From Octopus sinensis (lineage: Eukaryota): 64,000 nucleotides of DNA. The stretch lies in the NCBI RefSeq assembly GCF_006345805.1, contig NC_043015.1:1736001-1800000 (forward strand), given 5' to 3'. Below are positions 53,791-63,790 of the stretch, piece by piece; positions within the stretch are counted from its first letter, which is position 1, and the number at the start of each line of letters is the position of its first letter. Made by a program: the position numbers and the translations under genes. The notes beneath the pieces were generated by a model, which was given only the letters and a program-made list of their open reading frames with translations, was not told the DNA's origin and did not search any database.

Positions 53791-53843
53791 TTTGTCAGTG
53801 AACAGGTCGTGGTCTCAAAGCGACGAAAAAATATTTCGACAAA
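53791..53843 (+). ncRNA. Minimal type I hammerhead-like motif, G3-C8 core variant
   Basis: TTTGTCA GTGAACA G GTCGT-GGTCTCAAA-GCGAC GAA AAAATATT T CGACAAA. Helix I TTTGTC/GACAAA is 6 bp with an A-C mismatch at the junction; helix II is 5 bp; helix III contains the palindrome AATATT; UUU triplet. Confidence 0.55.
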
Positions 53844-54124
53844 TTAAATTTAAATGTCGAAGTGAATCTAAACGGCTTTTGTGTGTTTCTTAAATGGCTT
53901 GCTTATAAACACCTTCCACGCTGCAATTGTTTTCGTTCCATCACACGATCTCAGATCAAGTCACTCGCTATGCAAGTACGTCTCCGTAGTTTAAAATTTT
54001 AGGTTCGTTGCTTCGAATCGACGAAAATTTTCAAACCGTATTATAATTAAATGTCTTAGTGAGGTTAACGATTTTTGTGCGTTTCGGAATAACTGACTTA
54101 GCTCTTCCACGCTGCAATCGCAAA

Positions 54125-54615
54125 AGGCTTAGGAGTGGTTGTGTGGTAAATAGCCTGCTTACGAACCACATAGTTCCGGGTTCATTCCACTGCGTGGCAC
54201 CTTGGGCAAGTGTCTTCTACTATAGCCTCGGGCCGACCAAAGCCTTGTGAATGGATTTGGTAGACAGAAACTGAAAGAAGCCGTCGTACATATGTATATA
54301 TATATATATATATATATGGTGCACCAGCATGGCCGGAGCCTTCGCGCCGAAACATTTCTAAGGATTTTAAGGATTTATATATATGTGTGTGTGTGTGTGT
54401 GTGGTGTGTGTGTGTGTGTTCCCCCAACATCGCTTGACAATCGATGGTGGTATGTTTACGTCCCCGTAACTTAGCGGTTCGGCAAAAGAGACCGATGGAA
54501 TAAGTACTAGACTTAAAAAGAATAAGTCCTGAGGTCAATTTGTTCGACTAAAGGCGGTGCTCCAGCATGGCCACAGTGAAATGACTGAAACAAGTAAACG
54601 AGTAAAAGAGTAAAA
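54125..54615 (+). mobile_element. Near-consensus copy of the major SINE upstream of MPDU1
   Basis: Same head, body and tail as 46326-46704; contains a short extra CAGCATGGCC...GAAAC tail piece at about 54316-54375. Confidence 0.85.
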
Positions 54616-55000
54616 GGTTTTCGTTTGGTTATCGAATATTTTTGTCAGTTCTCAACGAGCGTCGTTAGCGAGTCAAAGTGCTTCGAAGAAAAGATCAACA
54701 TTTTTCACATTATAAAAACCAGACCGAATTTTACACTATTTGAAAACTCTAACTGTGGAAGGAATATGAAATTCTTTTCGAAATTTATAACCTAATTTAC
54801 ACCACCTAATTGAAGAACTATAAATGAATATATTCGTTTTCTTTCCATGGGTGTAACTCACGATTTTTTTTTACATTATTTTCTCATATTGTTTCAAGTG
54901 TAAAGGCAGAAAGATCGATATTATTATTATTGCTATAGCGGTGAGCTGGTAGAATTTGTAGTATGCCAGGTGAAATGCTTAACAGCATTCCGTGTCTCTA

Positions 55001-55233
55001 AGGCGGCGAGCTAGCAGAATCGTTAGCACTCTGGGCGAAATGCTTAGTGGTATTTCGTCTGCCGTTACGTTCTGAGTTCAAATTCTGCCAAGGTCGACTT
55101 TGCCTTTCATCCTTTCGGGGTCGATAAATTAAGTATCAGTTACGCACTGGGGTCGATATAATTAACTTAATCCGTTTGTCTGTCCTTGTTTGTCCTCTCT
55201 GTGTTTAGCCCCTTGTGTGTAGTAAAGAAATAG
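55001..55233 (+). mobile_element. Monomeric near-consensus copy of the same SINE, nested in an older copy
   Basis: Full head GGCGGCGAGCTAGCAGAATCG, B box GAGTTCAAATTC, central domain and tail. An older head starts at about 54938. Confidence 0.85.
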
Positions 55234-55726
55234 GCATTCCCTCTGTCTGCACGTTCTGGTGATCATTTGTCAGTTAGTGTAACGGGGAGACAGAGACACA
55301 AAAACTGGTGTCTCGCTGTAGAGGAGGTACATGGTTACCTAGCTATAGAGAGAGGGATAGATAGATAGAGAGAGAGAGAGAGGAGAGAGAGGTAGAGGGG
55401 AGATAGAGAGATGCATTAACTAAAGAAAAGAAACTTTACATATTGTAAATCTATGACATACCCCTAAAATGACTTGAAGGCAACAAACGGAAAGCCTTTA
55501 ATTCTGACTCTACTCAGTAAGAGTTGACCTGGGGTTAAATAAAAACAACCAGAGTATATAAACAGAAGACCAGAAATATTGATGTTGAGGTTAGTGGATT
55601 TCGTAAGCACCAGTACTTGGCTAGTACTGAACTTCAGCGAGAATTTAACTTGAAATGCAAAGAGATGCAAAGAAGTAACACACACACACACACATATGCA
55701 CGGATATATGTGTATGTGTGTGTGTG

Positions 55727-56060
55727 TTTAAGGGGCTTGAGCCACAAGCAGAGGTTAGTGAGCCTTTCGATTTAGACGTAAAAATCAACTCTATCAAATT
55801 GGGTGGACTTTGCTCTGCCTCTACTCTTGTCGACGTTAAACCATGGGTCACTTCACTGGTGCTACAACACAAGGAGAGGTTGGTGATCCTTTTTATGGTG
55901 TTATTATCATCTTGCTAAATATGTTTACTCGCCAGACCGATCTCTGATTTGGCCCTGTTGAGTAGGCGGCACTTAATGTTAGAGGCAAAGTTCGGTTTGT
56001 GGTCTTTTATGGTGATGAAAGCGTTCATTTCAGAGAGGATTTCTACCGTCTCCTATCTAT
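55727..56060 (-). mobile_element. Penelope-like element RT relic, copy 2 (inverted relative to copy 1)
   Basis: Minus frame NAFITIKDHKPNFASNIKCRLLNRAKSEIGLASKHI*; homologous to 51098-51350 and truncated at the same 3' point before (CA)n. Confidence 0.8.
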
Positions 56061-56381
56061 AAATTATTAACTGACCGGCGCAGCGTGTCTACACACACAC
56101 ATACGCAGACAGACACATATGTATATATATATATGTATATGACTTCCACCTCTTGCCTTTGTGAGAGGGAAGCCCTTTTTGAATGATGATGAACTCCTTT
56201 CCAAGGTAAAATCTTGGCCACAGTCGCAACCTGACACACGAGGTCATCACGGCTGCATGGGAGAGTGCGTCACCACTGGTGGTGAGCATGTAGAGAAGGA
56301 CAAATAATTATGCGAGGTTTTATTTATCCTAGTTCCTAGGAAGTGGGTCAAGAGGAACCTTTATTGAACACCACCTCTGTG

Positions 56382-56459
<78 letters not shown>

Positions 56460-56868
56460 GTGTGTGTGTGTTTGTGTGTGTACATATAATTATAAACATA
56501 ATTATATGTACACACACAAACACACGCACACACACATACACACGGGATTGGCAAAAACGCCTCTCCGCGTGCTGAAAATAGACGCCAAATAGCGCTAAAA
56601 CCACCTTAAAATCTCTAAAATCACCGGTTGTAGTCGAGCAAAATGAAGATAACAAATTAAACTTTTGGTTAATCGCGTATCAGATCTCATTTCTAGCTAA
56701 AGTTTAAAAACGTGCCTTCTGATATCATCAGCGTCGATATTCCGTTGTATAAATGTGCAAGTGTCTACACATACCTTTACGAGCAGCGCTGCCGGACCGC
56801 AATATGTTGTCTTTCTTATCCGTTTTTAAATTAATTATATATATATATATTATATATATATATATATA

Positions 56869-57595
56869 TTTGTTTTGCACGATTTTTGATGTGAAATTGT
56901 GTGTTGAAACAGATATTGTTGTAATTTAGGAATGGTCATTTTGCCAGTTTAGCTAATAAAATCACACGCACTATATACTTGGTGTTAATTTGTTTCAGCG
57001 TTATTTATTTTTTTACATTAATCTTAATCTTATTTCGGCCAGAGTTCTTTCGTCAAGCTACTGTGACCTCATCAGTGGTCCTTTGCTTTCTTGTTTCTTA
57101 TTTGTGTCTCTCTCCTCACTCTACACATTGTTTAATAAACTGAAGCTGTTGAGTCGTCACGGTTTTCGTAGGCAACTGAATACAGTGTCCTTCAGCTTCT
57201 TGCTAGCCTGGCTAGAGCTCACGTTGTTACGTTTATATATTTATTTTGCAAGATTTTTGATGTAAAATCGTGTGTTGATACAGATATTGTTGTATTTAGG
57301 AAAGATCATTTTGCCAGCTTAGCCAATAAAAACACACGCACTATATATTTGGTGTTACGTTGCTTCAGCATTATTTATTTTTTACATTAAGTAAGGAGAT
57401 ACACAAAATGAGAAAGAAGAAAGCAAAGGACCACTGTGAAGGTCACAGTAGTTTGACGAAAGAACTCTGACCGAAATAAGATTAAGATTAATGTAAAAAA
57501 TAAATAACACTGAAGCAAAGTAACACCAAATATATAGTGCGTGTGATTTTTATTGGCTAAACTGGCAACATGGCAATTCCTAAATACAACAATAT
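56869..57595. mobile_element. Cluster of three related units (direct, direct-partial, inverted), pseudo-LTR-like, carrying hammerhead motifs
   Basis: Copy A about 56869-57110 (+), copy B about 57237-57390 (+, ends before the ribozyme), copy C about 57391-57595 (reverse complement). Flanked on both sides by (TA)n. Confidence 0.75.
57037..57081 (-). ncRNA. Minimal type I hammerhead ribozyme motif, canonical CUGAUGA core
   Basis: Minus strand: GGACCA CTGATGA G GTCA-CAGTAGCT-TGAC GAA AGAACT C TGGCC. Perfect 4-bp helix II, 2-bp helix III, CUC triplet, helix I 5 bp with one bulge. A second copy at 57428-57472 (+) lacks A6. Confidence 0.7.
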
Positions 57596-57639
57596 ATATA
57601 TATATGTATATATGTATATATATATATTATATATATATA

Positions 57640-57705
<66 letters not shown>

Positions 57706-57949
57706 ATATAATATATGTATGTATAGTATATATATGTGTATGTATATGTATATATGTATATATGTATATATATGTATGTATATGTATATATATGGAAATA
57801 TATATATATATGTGTCTGTGTTTTTATGTATATATGTATGTATATGCATATATATGTATATGTATATATATGTATGGATATATAGATATGAATATATGTA
57901 TATGTATATATATAATATATATGCATATGTATATGTATATATGTATATA

Positions 57950-57983
<34 letters not shown>

Positions 57984-58022
57984 TACATACTCACACATAC
58001 ACGTACACACACACATATATAT
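57595..58022. repeat. Long (TA/TATG)n block
   Basis: Directly visible; one of many (TA)n tracts in the window. Confidence 0.95.
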
Positions 58023-58305
58023 ACAGATCTGGAAAGATTAGATACTATACTTTGATCTTAGCCATATATATATTATAATTTATTGGCAGTATTTAGGCAG
58101 TAATTGTTCATTGCTTTACAAATGCACGTCCTTATAACGTACTTGCAGTTCATCTTATGCAGTTCTCTTTTACGTTTACGACTGTTGATTTTCGATACTC
58201 TTTAATGTTGCATGTCCTGCTAGCTTCCTTACCACATGCAAGCCATATGAACACTTTGATATATATATGAATATCTATGTACATATGTGTGTTTGTGTTT
58301 GTGTG

Positions 58306-58367
<62 letters not shown>

Positions 58368-58748
58368 GTAAGTAGCTTGCTTACCGACCACATGATCCAG
58401 AGTTCAGTTCCACTGTGTGGCACCTTGGGCAAGTGTCTTCTACTATAGCTTCGGGCCGAATAAAGCCTTGTGAGTGGGTGTGGCAGACAGAAACTGGAAG
58501 AAGCCCGTCGTATATGTGTATATATGTGTGTGTGTATGTGTGTGTGTGTATGCATGAGTGTCTGTTTGTCCAACCAAAATCGCTTGACAACTTATGCTAG
58601 TATGTTTCATCCCCGTAACTTAGCGGTTCGTCAGAAGAACAAGTACGAGGCTTACAAAGAATAAGCTGTGGGCTCGCTTTGCTTGACTAAAGGCAGTGCT
58701 CCAGCATGGCTGCAGTCAAATGACTGAAACCAAAAGTAAAAGTAAATA

Positions 58749-58789
<41 letters not shown>

Positions 58790-58795
<6 letters not shown>

Positions 58796-59286
58796 AACTG
58801 TAGTTGTGTGAGTGTCTGTCCCCTTCGATTTAGATTCCTAACTACTCCCACATTTTGCGGTGCAGTTTAACCAAATTCGGGTATCTTATAGTCGTGATTT
58901 ATATCGAGCCCGTCTGCGTATTAGCGCGCATCGACGATGAGTCTACGATTTTAAAAATAATTTAACATCATTTTTTTATTCCATTTTAATGCATAATTTT
59001 TCGTGTGTCGATGGGGGCGGAGTTGGCGTCCATGGTCACACCTGCACCTGTTTGCTTCTCCCCCTTCTTCCCTCCCTCGTGAAGCTGTGGGGAAGGGAGT
59101 GTAAGGAAATCAGCGCCGTAAAGCGTTGTCAAGGAGACCAGCGTTCTCTTAGAACAACGACTTCATGGCTTGAAGACACCAAAACAGAAATGGCTAAGAA
59201 AGCCCGAATTGGCATCTATAAGGGAAGTAACTCTCTAAAAATGCTTATATCGTTATTTCCCTTACAAACCCGAGCGATACTGCTAG
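58790..59286 (+). mobile_element. Non-autonomous Helitron-like element
   Basis: Starts after (TA)n with AAACTGTAGTTG; ends ...AACCCGAGCGATACTGCTAG|T, the same 3' end as the 63396 element. Confidence 0.7.
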
Positions 59287-59699
59287 TATGATTTAAAAAT
59301 ATAAGATACAATGATGTCAATTTAATGTAAAGCATGCTATCTTAAAGACAGTGTCTTCGCGGTGCCCACGCCCACACCTGGAGACCTGCACACGCACACT
59401 CACACACACACTCACACACATACACACACGCACGCACACACACACACACACACACATACACACACACACACACACACATACACAAGCGTGTTTTTAATGT
59501 AAGGTGTTTCAAACAAAACTGTTCCGTATGTAAGCAAGTACCCGCACACAAAAGCACGCAACACGGAGACACATACACACACACACACGTAGAACACACA
59601 AACATGCACATACATCTATATGCACATGCATGTTGGTATACATACGTACATACATCCATAAAAATATACAAACATGCTCATATATACATCTATATATAT

Positions 59700-59867
59700 A
59701 GGATAGATCGTTAGCCATTACACTTGTTTTTTCTGTGTCCCTTTCTGTAGAAGAGCGTAGGCTCGAAACGTAAACGACTTTTTCTATTCCTGAGTGTTAT
59801 ACTAATATATTTGTTTGTTTTGTACACCACCTGCCTTCGTCTTTTGTTATTTTTCGTAAACTCCCCC

Positions 59868-59870
<3 letters not shown>
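59700..59870 (+). mobile_element. Second copy of the same short repeat (CTGTAGA core), abutting (TA)n
   Basis: CTTT CTGTAGA A GAGC-GTAG-GCTC GAA ACGT A AACG at 59741-59776; homologous to 49845-50035. Confidence 0.6.
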
Positions 59871-59943
<73 letters not shown>

Positions 59944-60015
59944 CTGTGTGCGTGTATATATATGTGTGTGTGTGGGGGGGCGTGGTTGCATGTGTGTCTG
60001 TGCGTGTAGGAATAG

Positions 60016-60376
60016 TATTATTTCTAAATCTCTCAGAGACATACAGTAACATTTCTTTAAAGTAAAATTCAATTTCTAACATAATATGGCTCTCCTGTAA
60101 GGTACGTTATTACTGTTTATTAGCCCCAAGAAATACCCTTTCTAGCTGGCTATACGACACATTATCTGTGTCCTTATATTTTCGAACAGGGAACTTAGCA
60201 GCCCCGTCTAGCACAACACAGCCTCTGTAGACTAGTTTCGGGGTAATTGCTCTTTATCAACACAGAGTAGCTCCTTGGCTAGGTGACGCTGCCGAATTTA
60301 CGATTCGAATATAAAGATTTCAAACTGACACACAGCCACTGATCCATAAACAGAAACAATATTATTTCTAAATCTC
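60016..60376 (-). mobile_element. About 344-nt hammerhead-bearing element with terminal direct repeat
   Basis: TATTATTTCTAAATCTC occurs at 60016-60032 and 60360-60376; the hammerhead motif is inside. Confidence 0.55.
60223..60267 (-). ncRNA. Minimal type I hammerhead ribozyme motif, U3-A8 core variant, GUC cleavage triplet
   Basis: Minus strand: CTCTGTG (helix I) TTGATAA A GAGCAATTACCCC GAA ACTAGT C TACAGAG. Helix I is 7 bp (one G-U); helix III is the palindrome ACTAGT; helix II is partly mismatched. Confidence 0.7.
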
Positions 60377-60471
60377 ACTGAGATTGACATATATTAAATA
60401 TATTATGTTGGCAATTAACTTTTATTCACACGCACACACAGACATATATATTATATATTATATACATATAT

Positions 60472-60574
<103 letters not shown>

Positions 60575-60852
60575 TACATATATACTACACACACATATAT
60601 ATGTACATATACATATGTGTGTGTGTGTGATATATATTTATTTAGAACCTACATATGTATATCCATACATACATACATACATACATACATACATACATAC
60701 AACATACATACCTATATAATAATATATATAGATATATATATATATATATATAGTATGAGAAAATATTATTAGAGACAATATAATATATATACATATGTAA
60801 ATGTATTGTGTATATATATGTATAAATATATAGTATATGTATATCTAAAATA

Positions 60853-60883
<31 letters not shown>

Positions 60884-61525
60884 ATATATATATATATATA
60901 ATATATATATATCTATATATATATATATATATATATAGATATATGCATGCACATTTTTAAGTATATACGTTTGCATACGTTTCAGGGTGTGTGCATGTAT
61001 GTGTTGAAAGATTTTACTTTCTATGAAAAACAAAACATAAACAGGAAATATCTCTCCTGGTCGAATATGGGAGCATTATCCAATTTATATGTACAGAGCT
61101 TGTGAGGGTGAAATATTTTGATTATGAACATAAAGCAAGCAAACATCGCCGGTGATAAGATACTCGCATGAGCACAATTCTCAAGATGATTGCGTTGAAG
61201 AATTTTTCGTTTATTTTTTCAGTTACAGTATCTGATGTATTGATTTTCGTTCGAAGCAATCATACTCAGGGGCTAAAAAATTATATACCTTATCACTTTT
61301 GGATATACGAATCCTCATGGGATGATTTATATCGATTTGATGATTAATAGTCCTGATATCCATATTTTAAATATGAATATATATATTTAAGATAAGAATA
61401 TATCAGAATTGTTCTTTTATTCTTTTATTTACGCTTTGGTCTGTAGCCGGGGTGAGGTACCGGCTTGAAGAGAGTAACTCAATCCCAGAAAATATTTCTG
61501 CGATAGCTATTTACTCTTACTCTTT

Positions 61526-61567
<42 letters not shown>

Positions 61568-62819
61568 TTGTTTCAGTCATTTGACTGTGGCTATGCTGGA
61601 GCACCGCCTTTAGTCGATCAAATCGTCCCCAGGACATATTCTTTGTAAGCCTAGTATTTATTCTATCGGTCTCTTTTGCCGAATCGTTAAGTTACGGGGA
61701 CGCAAACACACCAGCATCGGTTGACAAGCGATGTTGGGAGGACAAACACAGAAACACAAACATACACACACACACACACAGATACATTACGTGACGGGGA
61801 CGCAAACACACCAGCATCGGTTGTCAAGCGATGTTGGGGGAACAAACAGAGAAACACAAACACACACACATACACACACACACACACACACATACATATA
61901 CATATATACGATGGGCTCCTTTCAGTTTCCATCTACCAAATCCATTCACGGCAGACGAAATACCTATTTCTTTACTACCCACATCCCTCGAGACCTAACT
62001 CCTACCGATAGAAAATTTTTCTATCAGGGCTCACCCAACACCGTATACGCTCCGTAATTGTTAAGGAGTAAATGTGCAATAAATTTAGATGCAGCATATC
62101 TAAATTTTGTGTCCTCTATTCCTTAAGCAAGCGGCGTCGATTCTGGCAACGTGCATTTACACAATTGTCTCTCAATATCGTCACGCAAGTCGGGGTCCCA
62201 CAAACTTCTCCTGCAACAATATACAGAAAACTTGCAATTTGAAAGAAACCACAGCATATGGGGACATCAATAGGAAGTATTTATAGGCATCTGATGTGGT
62301 GCTCAACAGAAAGTCTTTCATGTAACATGATGGTAAGCTTTCGTTGACACACCACTCTGTTTATATCTATTTGATATTTAATATAATATCCATTGACTGT
62401 GTTCTCTTTTCAGAGAACGGTGAAGCTGAGGAGTGTGTTGGTGTTGTTGATGCCAATGTCGTTTCTAATTTTTGGTGTAACTATGGTTCATCGTTCCTTT
62501 CTTGTGATAGTGTTCTCAACGTTCTGTTGACGTTCCTGGGGCTGCTGTGGTTTTCTTCTTCTTCTTCTTCTTCTTCTTCTTCCAATCAGGACTCATGCCA
62601 TTAGCCACAAAGAATAATCTCTAATTCGAGCCTACTCTAAGCTACTAAGAATGCGTGTGGAAACTTGAAGATCTACGCACCAAACGCGATAGACTGGCGG
62701 TTGCACGGGCACGACAGCTACATTGTTATCCTCAGTCCGTAAACGGTGGCTTTTAAGGGGTGTAGAGCTGAAACATCCTGGGTACAGAGGATTCTCAATC
62801 TAGACTAGGGTCTGAAAGT

Positions 62820-63060
62820 TTACCACACCATAGTGGGTCATACCATGGTTCCTCTGCTTTGTGGTAGAAGTAGGAAGAAAGAGTGAGAGAAAGTTGTGAT
62901 GAAAGAGTACAGCGGGGTTCACCACCGTCCCCCGCCGGAGCCTCGTGGAGCTTAGATGTTTTTGCTCAATAAATACTCTCAATGCCCGGCCTGGGAATCG
63001 AAACCGCGTTCTTACGACCGCCAGTCCGCTGCCCTAACCACTGGGCCATTGCGTCTCCAC
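62820..63060 (-). mobile_element. tRNA-derived SINE, further family
   Basis: Head GGAGACGCAATGGCCCAGTGGTTAGGGCAG (A box) and GGTTTCGATTCCC (B box), then a distinct body. Confidence 0.7.
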
Positions 63061-63237
63061 TGGCTGCTGTGGTTGATTGTGCTATGGGGTTGAAGATGGG
63101 GTCTGTAGTTTTGATGTTATATATTCTTGTAACTGGACGATGGTTATGCTGTGCGTTGTTGTATTTCCCTCTTGACCGTCATCTTAATTTGCCGTGCTCC
63201 AATCTCCAACTCATCATCAGCTGTTGATCCATCGGTG

Positions 63238-63272
<35 letters not shown>

Positions 63273-63395
63273 TGTGAGTGTGTGTGTGTGCAGTGGTGAT
63301 GGTCAATGCATGTGTACGTGTGTGCCACGCGCGTTAGAGTTCGTACGTTTTGGTTGATGTGACGAGCAAACCTGTATAGCTTACTTTATCAAAGA

Positions 63396-63790
63396 CTAGC
63401 AGTATCGCCCGGCGTTGCTCGGGTTTGTTTCGACCCTTTAGAATTGGAATTTTTGAAAAGGAAAAATTTTGCATTATGTAGCTTGTTATTCTCTTTAAGG
63501 GAACATTTTTCTGGTTGAAATACACCAAAGAAATAGCGACACAGCAGTCAAAAAATCGTAAAAATATAGGAATTTTCATAGAAAAAAAGCACCTTTTTGA
63601 TGTAAATAATTTTTGGTCTTAACATGGTCCGATTTGAAGTTTTTCTTCTACGGAAGGAAGAGCAAGCCTTCTTCTATCATACTGTTAATGTTAGTCAACT
63701 TGCGGCGCAGGGTCTCGGAGGGGATAGTGTTAGTTGAAGGCTACTAAACCTGCCATACACAGACAACTTCAGCTTTATTTATATTGAGAG
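63396..63790 (-). mobile_element. Non-autonomous Helitron-like element
   Basis: Minus-strand 3' end CCCGAGCAACGCCGGG (hairpin) + CGATACTG + CTAG|T; 5' end has ATATAATAAAGCTGAAGTTG, like the other two Helitron-like heads. Confidence 0.75.

Noticed and set aside
15208-55233. Numerous tRNA-like A/B box sequences
   Set aside because: They are SINE heads without cloverleaf acceptor stems; only 42767-42838 is a real tRNA sequence.
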